A stretch of 64,000 nucleotides of DNA from a virus (IMGVR_UViG_3300028888_000003); one strand, 5' to 3'. Positions 36,528-47,953 are shown, counted from the stretch's first letter. Translations and numbers: made by a program. Notes: generated by a model from the letters alone, not told the origin.

Positions 36528-36540
36528 AATTTTGCAAATT

Positions 36541-37030
36541 TTAAATTGTCTTTCTTAATAATGCTCTTAAAGAGTTTGCAAAATTAAAAATAGTTTTATA
36601 ATCAAAAGCTATTTTAACCCATGTTTTTTCTGCCATTAAGTTTTTTACTTCATTCCAAATTGGCTCAGTCGGATACGTAGTATTCGTTTTAATAGAAGAT
36701 TTCTCTTTTCTTTTAGTTTCCCATACTTCTCTTCCACCTAACCAAGGCTCTACTTCTATATTAACTAAGCCACTACCACGAGTAGCTGAAAAAATTGTAT
36801 TCGATGCCTCTAATAATAAATCTGATAATAGCATATAATATCCATTTATATTATATATATGTATAGTGCCATCTGTACCATTAGCACGAAACATCTGTTC
36901 AATATCATCGAACATCCAAGCTGCCGCAATCTAAGCCAACTATTCTTTAGCAGCCTCTAATTGTCCTGTTTCTACTCCATTGGCTATATTAAAAATAATT
37001 GCATTTAAATTACCAGAACTAATACCCATT
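36541..37030 (-). CDS. hypothetical protein with 2 in-frame TAG
   Basis: MGISSGNLNAIIFNIANGVETGQLEAAKE-TAG-LA-TAG-IAAAWMFDDIEQ... Confidence 0.4.
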
Positions 37031-37461
37031 TTTTCAATATTTTTCTATAATCTCTAATCTATTAAACGTAAATTACCGCTACCTATTTGAATATTATTTA
37101 AGCTACCATAGTCTTTTGCACTAATAGCTAATAACCAACCATTTGGACCAACTGCAGTCTATAACTAGTCTGCTTCAATTTTCATCTTCTTCATTAGATT
37201 ATCTATTGCTTCTATATCCATTTCATCGGATATAGTAATTGTTGCTCTTGCGCGATCTATTACTTCTACGTCTGCTTTTCCTTCTTTTATACCAACTGCT
37301 GCAACGTCTTGCTTTTTTATGTGTAGTTTTGTATCCATAAATTCTCCAGCTATATTATATTCCAATGGAATACCCAATAAAACATTATTGATTATACTAT
37401 CAATTTGCTATCTTACGGTTTTTCCACTTCCATGATTATTAATAGTAGTTTGTAAAAGCTA

Positions 37462-38121
37462 CTAATTTATTGGAGCAAAAAGTCCCGTATTTTCATCATA
37501 CCAACCTTTTGGAGCATTCTTTTGAAAGGAACTTTTTAAACGATTAAAAATTTCTTTGTATAGATTCCATTTTTTATTAACAGTGGTATTATTAAAAACT
37601 TTTTCTTCTAAGAAAGCATTAATATAATCGTCTATTGTTTTTGTTATTCCAAGATTAGACCAGCCGCCGCCTCTTTTATTTTCAACAAAATCTTTTTTTA
37701 GTTGCTCTGCTAAATAATCGCCAAATTTACGACCATAAACTCCACTACTTTTTAAGGCTCCTCGATCTTTATCATAATTTTTAACAAGTTCTTCTAATGC
37801 TTGTTTTCTTTTAATTAGCAAATTTATAATAGCTGATAGTTTACCGCTACCATCTTGATTTAATATTGTTATAATTTGCGATTGTAAGTCTGAGTCTTCT
37901 GGTAAGAGAGCTAATTTATTTATTATATAATTAGTTTCTTTAGTGCGTTCTGCATTAGCTAATTTAGAAAGTACTGAACTTAATTCTGCTAATTCTTTGT
38001 TCAGTTGATTTTCATTTCCCATACGAGCACTTACTTTGTTTGCATAAGGGTTGGTTGTATCAGAAAAGATTACGTATTTATCAGAAACCCACTTGGCAGT
38101 ATTAAAATATTTAGTACCCAT
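37462..38121 (-). CDS. hypothetical protein
   Basis: 219 aa. Confidence 0.5.
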   Translation of the reverse strand: MGTKYFNTAKWVSDKYVIFSDTTNPYANKVSARMGNENQLNKELAELSSVLSKLANAERTKETNYIINKLALLPEDSDLQSQIITILNQDGSGKLSAIINLLIKRKQALEELVKNYDKDRGALKSSGVYGRKFGDYLAEQLKKDFVENKRGGGWSNLGITKTIDDYINAFLEEKVFNNTTVNKKWNLYKEIFNRLKSSFQKNAPKGWYDENTGLFAPIN

Positions 38122-38196
38122 AAGTATACCTCCAAAAATCTATTTCTCCAATTAAAAGTAAAAAAGAGCAGACAACTGTCTACTCTTTCAACTATT

Positions 38197-38391
38197 TTAC
38201 TTCTCTATCGGCTTAAACTCTTCATAATCCCCAAAAGCCACATTCCGCCTATCCGAGTTCTGCGCCCATACATAGTTTAAAATTATAAGATTTTCTTCTC
38301 GTGAGAGCATTACTACGTAGTTATTTTTAATTAGGCTTTCAGCTACGTTCGTAGCGTCCCACATTTCGCTAAAAGCAAGTTCGTTTTTCAT
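38197..38391 (-). CDS. small protein paralogous to N-terminus of 26949..27362
   Basis: 64 aa. Confidence 0.5.
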   Translation of the reverse strand: MKNELAFSEMWDATNVAESLIKNNYVVMLSREENLIILNYVWAQNSDRRNVAFGDYEEFKPIEK

Positions 38392-38423
38392 TTTTATTCT
38401 CCTCTCTTTTTTATTTTATTATA

Positions 38424-38453
38424 ATTATAGCAGATTTTTTAGAATTTTTCAAA
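38424..38453 (-). promoter_or_regulatory. class-B late promoter
   Basis: rc TTGAAAAATTCTAAAAAATCTGCTATAATTATAAT. Confidence 0.55.
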
Positions 38454-38488
38454 TTTTAAAAGAGCAGATTTCTCTGCTCTTTTATTTT

Positions 38489-38995
38489 TTATTCAAATAC
38501 AACGCTCAAAGTAAGTGTTGCTATATAATTGTTCTCAGCGTTTAAAGTAATAGGTGAATCAAGAATGTAGGCATATAAGAGATGCTCTTTTGCGTTCGCA
38601 CCACCGCCTGACCCTGTATATACATTCCGAACAAGCAGAAGTGAATTTACTGTTTCGTCTTGCAATTCTGATCCTGTAATTGTTATATTAGCAATCCACC
38701 CTGTATTGTCAGCATTAGCGGTATAAGTCACAACACAATTGCCCACTTGATTGGTGATAGTTGATTTGTCAAACGCAGCACTTGAATCGCTCGATGCGTA
38801 AGGAAACAAATAATTTTGACCACTCGTTGAATAAGCCGTTCCCCAAGTGGCAGTAAAACACAAGGTTGGGTATTGAGTATAATTATTTGCTACTGCTAAT
38901 GTTTCTCCGTTCGTTGATGTGATTTGCAAATATTTCTTTATGTTTACAGCAATATCTACCTTCGCCGCATTTTGCAACTGTATAAGCTGTCCCAT
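38489..38995 (-). CDS. fibre-tip module protein B (copy 1); paralog of 44304..44810
   Basis: 168 aa, shared ...PYASS...NQVGNC...GW.ANITI.G......NS.L....Y.....YILD.PI.LNAENNY.A.LT.SV.F. Confidence 0.55.
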   Translation of the reverse strand: MGQLIQLQNAAKVDIAVNIKKYLQITSTNGETLAVANNYTQYPTLCFTATWGTAYSTSGQNYLFPYASSDSSAAFDKSTITNQVGNCVVTYTANADNTGWIANITITGSELQDETVNSLLLVRNVYTGSGGGANAKEHLLYAYILDSPITLNAENNYIATLTLSVVFE

Positions 38996-39222
38996 TATAT
39001 AGCACCTCCGTTATATTCTGCTGTAACTGTTATGAACGGATAAATCTTAATCGGATAAAACACACCATCTGTTCCGCCTCCAGTTGCCGCAGTACCTGTA
39101 ACAACCGTGCCATCATTCAAATGCCCAACCTTCCCACTCGCAATATCGTTCGCAGAAACCACAGTATCAGTACTCAAATCAATCAAAGTAGCACTATCAA
39201 AAGTAACTTTATTAACCGCCAT
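38995..39222 (-). CDS. fibre-tip module protein A (copy 1); paralog of 44807..45046
   Basis: 75 aa; V.FDS.TLIDL..DTV.S.NDIASGKVGHLNDG.VVTGTA.TGGGTDG. Confidence 0.55.
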   Translation of the reverse strand: MAVNKVTFDSATLIDLSTDTVVSANDIASGKVGHLNDGTVVTGTAATGGGTDGVFYPIKIYPFITVTAEYNGGAI

Positions 39223-39244
39223 TTCCCGGTACCTCCGCTACTAA

Positions 39245-41026
39245 TACGTTATAGGTTGTGGTTACACCACTGTCGGTTATTACGAGGGGTTTTAGTACGA
39301 CATTATATTCAACGCCGTTAATTGTTGCCTTTCCTTTTGATTCTTTCGTGGTATCAGGCATACTTACGATTTCTTCTATTGCGAAGCATTGGCGACTATT
39401 TAAATTTATACATCTCGCTTTAACAAGAGCACCTTTAGGAATTGTTTGTGCTAATGGATTGTATAACCAACCAGTACCATTTATACCATTCTATTCAAAT
39501 ACTACAATTGAGTTATTTGTTCTGTCAAAAGTTGTAATACCGTTATCTGTAGATATATCAACATTTTTACTCGATCCTAATTCAGCAGGAGTATAAAACT
39601 ATACATAGTGATAATTATATTGTAAATCATTAACCTAAGAACTATCTATAATATTGTTGCTATTAAGGTCATATACATAGACAGTTTCATTATTATAGGT
39701 AGTTGTATTTACAAAACTTAGCTGAATAGGATGGTCTTTATAATAATCTACTAAGTGTCCAATATTAGTATGATTATAGCTATATGCTATCGGAGTTCTA
39801 TTCTGGAGAATTACATACTCATTATTTCCAATAGAATAGTCGTAGTCAAAAATCCTATAAATGGCATTGTTATCTGGATAGCTAAATGTTGATGTTGCTG
39901 CGCCAGTGTGGTTAATTAATACTACTCTATTTTTAATAGGAACACAAACATTTCCATTAGGTTTATTGGTCCGTTCATAGGACCAGCTATCTTTCCAACC
40001 AGAACTCGTATTTGTTAATTCAAAACTTGGCTTCCAACTATTTAAATATCTAGAACCATTTGGAGTTAACTCTATAACGATATCATTGTCATCGTATTCT
40101 GGTGCGTCAATATCATCATAATCATTTACCTTTTCCCAACAGAAATCTTCTTCTCTAATTAGTTGGACTGTTATATAGCGTTTAGTAGAATTTAATCGAT
40201 CTGTTACTGTAAAAGGTTCTGATAACACTTTAAAATAATATGTATTACCTGATTCTAAATAATTGTAAGTAGCCACACTAAAGGCAGACTCTTCAATAGT
40301 ATTATACATTCTTTTTGATAAATTTTTAATAAAATCTATTCCCAAATGCTGGCTATTCAATTCTTCTTCAGTAAATTGAGTTAAAAGACAAGTTGTAGTA
40401 GTACCATTCACTTTACAGTCTATTGTAGGACTATAGCTAAGATGAATATTATCAAGAATAGATATTACGCCATCTTCATGACAAGATATATAATCCATAC
40501 GTTTATTGGTTCCATTGCCAATGGGAATGGTAATATATTTATTTACTAAAGCAGATCCAGTATAACTACTAATATAAGAATTTGCAATTAATCCAACAGT
40601 ATTGGCTAAAGTTTGTAAACTACGACCAGTTTTTAGGCTATCGTTATATTTATATAATGTACCTTTCCCTAAATAGTTTTGCTTAAAATATAAATCACCA
40701 TCTTTAGGAACTTCGCGAATAAATTCACTATCCGAAAATACTCTTGGTGTATATTTAGCTTCTGCTTTGAGTGCTAAATTTTTATCAATTTCTGCTTTAT
40801 TTTGTAATAATTCTACTTTTTTACTTAATTCTAATCTTTTATAATTTTCATCTGTTGATAAAGAAATAGCAGAAATTTGAAAAGCACTATCTAATCTATG
40901 TATCTGACATGAAGTATCAATTGGTAAATTAATACAAATATGAACAGAAAAAGTTGTTTCAGTAGATAAATCAATTTCAGCAACGAATGATTCTTCAACG
41001 TTTTCATCATTATAATTTATACTCAT
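39245..41026 (-). CDS. large structural protein; TAG at 39635 read through (3' end approximate)
   Basis: 463-aa ORF-track piece 39635-41026 ends in TAG and the frame continues. Confidence 0.4.
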
Positions 41027-41039
41027 TCTGTGCCTTATA

Positions 41040-41737
41040 AGCCCTATAGTCTAGTTTTCTTTTTTGAGACTGCGGTATGCATTAAAAGATTCAAAATTCT
41101 TATCTATATGATATGAAATCAATTTTTGTGAAAACCAATCAGTTATCTCTTCAAAAGAAGGTATAAAAACAGCGCGATCAATTTCTTCAGTAATAATTTC
41201 ATTGCTCTCAATCGTCTAAACTAATATAGTTTTATTTTCAAGAGTGCTAAAATATGAGCTGGTCCAATTACTAATAGTCTAATCTAATTCGCCATTTTTA
41301 TAACCAGTAGAAGCAAAACCGTGTCCATTCATAGTAAATTCAAGCTAATCCAATGAAAGTAAAGTAATGCTATTTTTATTATCTACTATCATAAAATGAG
41401 TATCTTGTCCGTTAAAATCTGCTGTTAAACAAGTACCTAAAGGTAATAATTTTAAATAAACGCCGTCTGAAGAATAGGGTGAATCATTATGAGAATTAAC
41501 GACTGCTAATTTTACAGAAGAATCAATCGTAGGGTTTTTATACGTATTGTAAAAATCAATTTCATTTGGTACATCATTAATTGTAATTTTTGTATTGAGT
41601 ACGTTACGTATAGTATTTAATTTGCTATTTACAGATGAAGATAACTGCTCCATCTTATTGTCGCTTTCTGTTTTTGTATATATATTTCTTTTTAATGCAT
41701 CTATAATCGTTTTAAAATTATCTTTTAAGGTTGCCAT
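41040..41737 (-). CDS. hypothetical structural protein (TAG at 41345 read through; end approximate)
   Basis: ORF-track 41345-41737 ends in TAG. Confidence 0.35.
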
Positions 41738-41759
41738 TTAAGCTCACCTCCATTAATGA

Positions 41760-42658
41760 AGTGAAAATTCTTCAATAAATGCTATACCTAATTCTGATTC
41801 TTCTGAAGTTCCATTTTCAAATAATATAAGAGCTGGTGTAGACTAAGGGGTAAATGTTGCTATTTCTGATTTACCAGTACTTTCATTTTCTCGTTCATGA
41901 GTTCCTAATAAAGATAATGCTAATATTATTGCACCATTTTTAATTGCAGGAGGAAAACCCATTGCTTCTAATTCTTCATCCGTATTTTGAGCAAGCATAG
42001 CACTAAAAGCACTATAATCTGATATAACGTAATAATATCCAGAAAGCACTCCATCACCAAATACACCGGGTTTTTCAAACAATACACTAATTGGTCTTTC
42101 CTATTTAATTGCATTTAATTCTGCAAAGGTTATATTTGAAGTTGTCTATATAGTATCTGTAATGGTAAAAATAGAATCAAAATTGTCTCCTACTTCTCCA
42201 ACACTAGGTATAGCAAAAGCCCACTCACTATTATCATCATCATAATATCCAAATACTTCATAAGTGGTTCCAGCGAGAAAGCTGTTTCTTTTATATAAAT
42301 TATTAGGATCATAACCGCCATCAGGCGCGTCTGCGACTGGGAAAAACACATCAAACGAAATTTCAAATTCCGCTCCTTGTTCAGGCATTGGTATCACATT
42401 ATCCGCAAGTCTAACAGTATCTCTACCTTCAATACTATAAACAGTTGCCTTTCTGCAGATTAAATCGAATCCTGCACCAGTACCGCCGCCAGATCCACCG
42501 CTAGATCCGCCGCCAGAAAAATTGCTAGACGGAAGTCTTTTTAAAAGTCCATTAGATTCAACAAGTAAATTCTCTTCACCCGATGCGGTTTCAATTACAT
42601 CAACATCAACGATATTTTTCATTTCAAGATTACTCATTGTTTTCGCCCTCCTCTTCAA
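41760..42658 (-). CDS. hypothetical structural protein with G/S-rich linker (3 in-frame TAGs; end approximate)
   Basis: ORF pieces 42146-42658 and 41843-42082 are in the same frame joined by TAG codons at 42146 and ~42098. Confidence 0.4.
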
Positions 42659-42800
42659 TTACTTCTTTAGCAGGTTTATTTATTTTACTTCTAAGATTAA
42701 ATATATCTCTTTTTTCAGCTAATGACTGATTTAATTTAGCTTGTTGTTCTTTATTAAGAACAATAGAAAAAACTTTATTCTGTGCCATAATAACTCCTCC

Positions 42801-43100
42801 TTAATAATATAAAATATAAGCGTCTCCTAATGAATGGGTGCCTGTTTCACCATCACCTGCAAGTCGCCACTCACCGAGCTCTTCGTCGTATAAATATGTT
42901 CCATTTGGATCTTCTACATAGTCTTGATAAATAAGCACATAGGTTTCGGCTCTGTGAGTACCTGTTTCGTTCTCACCCGCAAGCCTCCACTCACCAAGCT
43001 CATCATCATACAAATAATCTCCATTTGGATCTTCAATATAGTCCGTATATTCTACGCCTGGAGTTTCAATTAAACCTGTTTCAGCAAGTACTTCAAGCAT
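42801..43100 (-). CDS. tandem-repeat protein
   Basis: two copies of YxxDYVEDPNG.YLYD.ELGEWRLAG..ETGTH. Confidence 0.5.
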   Translation of the reverse strand: MLEVLAETGLIETPGVEYTDYIEDPNGDYLYDDELGEWRLAGENETGTHRAETYVLIYQDYVEDPNGTYLYDEELGEWRLAGDGETGTHSLGDAYILYY

Positions 43101-43175
43101 TTCTTCAGCCTCTAATGAAGATTCAGGGGCTGGTGCATTCTCAAGAACGGTTACTCTACCGTCAAGACTAAGAAT

Positions 43176-43745
43176 CTATGAGTCAGTAGCAAGATGAAGA
43201 TCGGCCGCTGATGCCAGTTCCCAAGCACCCAGTTCATCAACCGCAAGAACCTTGCCAGTATCTAAATTTGTATGTCGTGGAAAACTATTTACAACTATTT
43301 TTTCTTCATTAGTATAATCATTGGTACTAAATCCTTTATCTATCGTTATCGTACTTAAGTGTTTACCACCATCAATTGAATAGCAATGCAAAGATATATC
43401 TACTGGATTAGAAGTTGCATCTTCTATTATAGTAATTAATTTTAATAATCCGCCACCTTTATCAATACTTATAACAACGTCTCCAAAAATACTAAAAAGT
43501 GCTCCTTCAGCCCATAAATCCTCTATTTGTTTTATAGTATATACCGAATAATCACTATTAGTACTATCTGCAATTTCGAGTCTAGTTTTATTAGTATCTA
43601 CAATTTTTATATAATTACTACCAGACCATCTATATGTGGTATTATGCTCTAAATCAACATAAATTTTCCCTGTCTCACCAGTAATTTTAGTTGTTAATGC
43701 ATTAGTTGTGTAAAAGGCATTATTACTATAGTACCCTTCAATCAC
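43176..43745 (-). CDS. hypothetical structural protein
   Basis: 189 aa. Confidence 0.5.
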   Translation of the reverse strand: MIEGYYSNNAFYTTNALTTKITGETGKIYVDLEHNTTYRWSGSNYIKIVDTNKTRLEIADSTNSDYSVYTIKQIEDLWAEGALFSIFGDVVISIDKGGGLLKLITIIEDATSNPVDISLHCYSIDGGKHLSTITIDKGFSTNDYTNEEKIVVNSFPRHTNLDTGKVLAVDELGAWELASAADLHLATDS

Positions 43746-43766
43746 ATCGTCTACATACGAAGGTAA

Positions 43767-44168
43767 CTAAGCGGCGGGAACTTTACCATTAATCAAATCA
43801 GCTTTTGCACTTGCTACTGTGACTTCGTCCCATTTAGTGTCATCAAAATCTCCAGCTGGTGAAGTGATATTAGCTTTAGCACGATACATTTTATCATCGT
43901 AAATTGCTAATTCATTTACATCATATCCACTTTCTGGATTATAGACTGGAGCAATCATTTCTGTAGAAGCTCCGCCGCCTCCACCACCTGTTGGATAGAC
44001 GAACCACTCATTTTCTGAATTTAATATATAGGTAATTCCATCTTCAATAACTAAGCATAAGTCGCCAAAGTATGCTTTTAAATTATCTCGTTCTTCTGCT
44101 GTATTACATATATAGGTTTTTTGCGGTACATTAAAGGAATTACCTACTTTAATTAGTTTTGTAGACAT
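43767..44168 (-). CDS. hypothetical protein with poly-Gly segment
   Basis: 133 aa; RBS AAAAGGGAGGCGATAAAATG. Confidence 0.5.
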   Translation of the reverse strand: MSTKLIKVGNSFNVPQKTYICNTAEERDNLKAYFGDLCLVIEDGITYILNSENEWFVYPTGGGGGGASTEMIAPVYNPESGYDVNELAIYDDKMYRAKANITSPAGDFDDTKWDEVTVASAKADLINGKVPAA

Positions 44169-44303
44169 TTTATCGCCTCCCTTTTAGTTTTTATATTGTA
44201 CGTTGTTCTGCGCGACCGCCATCGAGAATGGTTATCAGATTTTTTTGAAAAATCTTATGAGCGTCGTCCATCGAAGTCGCGCGGAAGTACGTATTTAAGA
44301 TTT

Positions 44304-44810
44304 TTATCCAAATGATACGCTCATAGTGAGGTTTGCTGTATAGTTGTTTTCTGCATTTAATTCAATCGGTGCATCGAGAATGTAGGCGAAAAGAAGACAT
44401 TCATAATAGTTGCTACTCGCATACAGTTTTTTTGTAAACAGAATCGAGTTCACCGTTGCATCTTGATTTCCAATAATTGTAATGTTTGCATCCCATCCCT
44501 TGTTATCACCCGTTCTTGTGAACGCTATTGTACAGTTGCCGACTTGATTCGGAATTGATGTTTGGGAATAAGGAATGGAAGTGTTAGAGGAAGCATAAGG
44601 AAAAGGATTACCATCACTTGCACTTGTCTTTGTTGTTCCTGTTTGGTATACATAAAACGCTCCTGCAACCGTTACTTGTTTTCCGCTTATAGCATCTTGA
44701 AGATTTCGTTGCGTTCCATTAAGATCAAGTACAGTAATATTACTGCTTCCCAAGTTTGAGATATTAACCTTATCAAAATTAATAAATTTTTGAAACTGTC
44801 CCATAATCAC
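44304..44810 (-). CDS. fibre-tip module protein B (copy 2)
   Basis: paralog of 38489..38995. Confidence 0.55.
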   Translation of the reverse strand: MIMGQFQKFINFDKVNISNLGSSNITVLDLNGTQRNLQDAISGKQVTVAGAFYVYQTGTTKTSASDGNPFPYASSNTSIPYSQTSIPNQVGNCTIAFTRTGDNKGWDANITIIGNQDATVNSILFTKKLYASSNYYECLLFAYILDAPIELNAENNYTANLTMSVSFG

Positions 44811-45046
44811 ACCTCATTACCATTGTATGTCATTGTTATTGTCGGCATAATCAACGCCGTAGGATTCATCGGGAAAAACTGCCCATCTGTTCCGCCGCCT
44901 GTTTGAGCAGTACCCGTCACAACACTACCATCATTCAAATGCCCAACCTTCCCACTCGCAATATCATTAGTAGAAGCAACAGTATCGCCCGTCAAATCTA
45001 TAAGCGTTGTACTATCAAAAGCGACTTTACTAATCGCCATTTTCAC
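44807..45046 (-). CDS. fibre-tip module protein A (copy 2)
   Basis: paralog of 38995..39222. Confidence 0.55.
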   Translation of the reverse strand: MKMAISKVAFDSTTLIDLTGDTVASTNDIASGKVGHLNDGSVVTGTAQTGGGTDGQFFPMNPTALIMPTITMTYNGNEV

Positions 45047-45184
45047 ACCCCCTAAAAATAAAATAGCAAATAATAAATGATATATTTACCTAATCTTATG
45101 TAATTTTTTAAACTTTGTACTATACAATTTCCATACACATAACAGCGCGACCGCCATCAAAAGTAATGATGACGGTCGTAAAAA

Positions 45185-45628
45185 TCATTCAAAAAAGTAG
45201 ATTTCATCCCAGCCTTCTTCTTCAGTCGGCTCGCAAAAATTCTTAAACATGCGTTCAAGCACGTCTTCTGGAACTACTCTTTCTCTATTCTGATTTCTCT
45301 TCTTAGCCTCTTCTAACGGAGTTTTTAAAACCAAAGCTATTTTAAATCCACGATTAAACGGTTCAATAAATCTCAACAAATTAATACGATTTTTTCTTGA
45401 AATATTAGTTGCATCAAATATTACATTTCTATGATAATACAAAGCGTCCTTAATTCTATCATAAGCAACTTCAAATACTTCTTTATTCTTAACCTGTATT
45501 GTCTCATCTCCAAATAATTCTTTCCGTATCTCGTCAGTAGAAACAATTACAGCATTATATCTTTTAGCATACTCTTTAGCAAGAACTGACTTGCCGGATC
45601 CGGGTATACCAACCATACAAATAAACAA
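45185..45628 (-). CDS. P-loop kinase (polynucleotide-kinase-like)
   Basis: Walker A GIPGSGKS, 147 aa. Confidence 0.55.
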   Translation of the reverse strand: MFICMVGIPGSGKSVLAKEYAKRYNAVIVSTDEIRKELFGDETIQVKNKEVFEVAYDRIKDALYYHRNVIFDATNISRKNRINLLRFIEPFNRGFKIALVLKTPLEEAKKRNQNRERVVPEDVLERMFKNFCEPTEEEGWDEIYFFE

Positions 45629-45643
45629 GTTAATTCTCCTTTC

Positions 45644-46036
45644 TTAATCCCATAAACTATTCCAATTATTCTTAAACCAATCAAATACAGCTTCTCTCGC
45701 AATACTAGCCTCTTCATCAGCATCTTCCCAAGCGGCGCGACCAATATCTTTATCCCAATCTATACAATTATCAGGATTAAACTTCTCAATTAAATCAGCA
45801 ATATTGTTCAACTGTACTTGCCAATTTTCAAATGTATCAAAACCACCGGGATACCCAGAGGCATTTTTAGCAAAGTCTCTTAACCCTTTACTTAAAACTT
45901 TTTCTAAATAAGTATCAAAATTCCAAAGGTCGCAATCTGCATAGCCACGTTTGCCTCTCTGAATAAACCATTTAATTTTACGAGGAATATATTTAATTTC
46001 ATAAAAGAATTCTCTAATTTTATACCATTTAATCAT
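45644..46036 (-). CDS. hypothetical protein
   Basis: 130 aa. Confidence 0.5.
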   Translation of the reverse strand: MIKWYKIREFFYEIKYIPRKIKWFIQRGKRGYADCDLWNFDTYLEKVLSKGLRDFAKNASGYPGGFDTFENWQVQLNNIADLIEKFNPDNCIDWDKDIGRAAWEDADEEASIAREAVFDWFKNNWNSLWD

Positions 46037-46066
46037 AGCAATTTCTCCTTTTTATTTTCTAATAAA

Positions 46067-46095
46067 ATTATACTAAAAATTTCTAAAAATTTCAA
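46067..46095 (-). promoter_or_regulatory. class-B late promoter preceded by terminator + GGTCGCGCAGAAGTACG motif
   Basis: rc TTGAAATTTTTAGAAATTTTTAGTATAAT. Confidence 0.55.
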
Positions 46096-46167
46096 GTTTT
46101 ACGTACTTCTGCGCGACCGCCAAAAAAATCGCTCATGGCAGACACCATGAGCGACTCAAATTATTTC

Positions 46168-46475
46168 TGTTTTCTTTTTGTTGCGATATAACCCGCACCA
46201 AGCGCGCCACTAAGTGCCGCAAAGGCTCCGATTGCGCCAACAGAACCGGTATCAGGTACGGTATTATAATAATTAGTATTACCTCCCTAATTAGTATCTG
46301 TTGCGGTTGCATCAGCCACAGTAGCAGTTGCATCAGTCTTAGTTGCATCAGTTACAGTTGCATCAGTAATTGTTGCTGCCGCTGTATCTGTTGGAGTAGC
46401 ACCAATCGCATAGACCGTGTAACTAAAACTAAGTATAAAAGCAACTACTAATAATATTTTTAAAAAGGTCTTCAT
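46168..46475 (-). CDS. secreted/membrane-anchored Thr/Ala/Asp-rich protein (1 in-frame TAG)
   Basis: signal peptide, TDAT repeats, TAG at 46287, C-terminal hydrophobic segment + KRKQK. Confidence 0.4.
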
Positions 46476-46487
46476 ACTGTCACCTCC

Positions 46488-47321
46488 TTAATCTAGTAAG
46501 TCGGCATATGCGCTTGCCCGAGACCTCTCCGATCTTGGCAAATACACATATGCAAATAATTCCTTTCCACTCAATCTATCAACCATTTTCTCCATACCGC
46601 TATCTTTTTCAAAAATGGTCTTATCTGTTTGTCTACGGTCGCCCGCAAACCACAGTTGTGAGTCTTCACCAATTCTACCAATTAATAACTGGCACTGATG
46701 TGTCGTTAAATTCTCTGCTTCATCGCAAAATATAATCGACCTTCTAAAATCGCGTCCTCTCAAATAACCAAGCGGCGCAATTTCAAGTTCGTTTTTCTCA
46801 ATTAAAGTCCTAACTGCATCCATACTACCCAAATGATCCCCGATATTACCAGCCCAAGGTAACATTTTTTCAGTAGCAGTTCCTGGAAGACTACCAAGTG
46901 GAGTCGTATCTTTTAACTCAATATTATTTCTAACAAAAATTATCTTATCAATTCTATTCTTTTCAAGTGCTTCAAGCGCGTGCGCAATCATCAATAAGCT
47001 TTTACCACTACCATAGTTGCCCGCAAGTAACTTAATATCAACCGATTGATTTTGCAGCATATCAAAAGCAAATTCTTGCTCTAAATTTTTACTACGTAAT
47101 ACACCTAAGTGATATGTCTCAATTGGGCGCGACCGCAAGTGTCTAAATTCTCCGTCTTCCCAACATCTTTTATCAACAATATTTCCTTCAATATCTTCAA
47201 CTACAAAGTACTCGTTCTCGCGCGGTTCACGCACGATTGGCAGTTTCCCTTCTTGATAAAAGGTACTTAGTTCTTGGTCAGTACATTTAACAATACTATA
47301 ACCTTTGTACTCTTCCAACAC
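46488..47321 (-). CDS. PhoH-like ATPase
   Basis: Walker A GNYGSGKS; IFCDEAENLT; 277 aa. Confidence 0.65.
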   Translation of the reverse strand: MLEEYKGYSIVKCTDQELSTFYQEGKLPIVREPRENEYFVVEDIEGNIVDKRCWEDGEFRHLRSRPIETYHLGVLRSKNLEQEFAFDMLQNQSVDIKLLAGNYGSGKSLLMIAHALEALEKNRIDKIIFVRNNIELKDTTPLGSLPGTATEKMLPWAGNIGDHLGSMDAVRTLIEKNELEIAPLGYLRGRDFRRSIIFCDEAENLTTHQCQLLIGRIGEDSQLWFAGDRRQTDKTIFEKDSGMEKMVDRLSGKELFAYVYLPRSERSRASAYADLLD

Positions 47322-47332
47322 ACACCAACTCC

Positions 47333-47953
47333 TTAAAGCAAGACATCAATATCAGTAATAATCTCATCAACAACTCCGTTCTCCAGAGCTTCTGAAATTT
47401 TTACATACCAATCTCCTTGATTTAATTTTTCTTCAATTATTTCAGGTGAATAGTTAGTATTCTTCTTATAAAAACTAACTAATTCTTGAATTTGCTGTTC
47501 ATAGTCCTTCATAAAACTTTGAACTTGCTGGAAGTCACCGCCTACTCCCGATACGCTTCCCTTATGAAATACAAAAGTAGTATTCGGTAACGCGAATTTT
47601 TTGCTTCCGGCTATGAAAATCATTGACGCCGCCGAGGCGCAAGTCCCAAACGCATATGTATAAATAGGTGTCTTAGAAATATTAAATATTTCAATTAAAG
47701 TTTTCGCAACATCAAGCGAACCGCCGGGCGAGTCAATAAAAATTTTAATCGGTTTTCTTTCTTCTTTGTCTCTGTCTTCTCTATTCCAAGCTATAATATA
47801 CTGAACTAATTCAAGTGTATCATCAGTAATCTCAGAATCAATCCAATATGTGCGGTTTTCTAAATCCTTATAAAAGTTTACAAGGACTGGATCGGCCAAT
47901 TGAAGATTAGCTTCGCTGCTATCTCCAAGTAAAAATAAAAGGTCATTATCCAT
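47333..47953 (-). CDS. ClpP-like serine protease
   Basis: GxSxxS... ASAASMIF (Ser), FVFHKG (His) arrangement, 206 aa. Confidence 0.55.
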   Translation of the reverse strand: MDNDLLFLLGDSSEANLQLADPVLVNFYKDLENRTYWIDSEITDDTLELVQYIIAWNREDRDKEERKPIKIFIDSPGGSLDVAKTLIEIFNISKTPIYTYAFGTCASAASMIFIAGSKKFALPNTTFVFHKGSVSGVGGDFQQVQSFMKDYEQQIQELVSFYKKNTNYSPEIIEEKLNQGDWYVKISEALENGVVDEIITDIDVLL

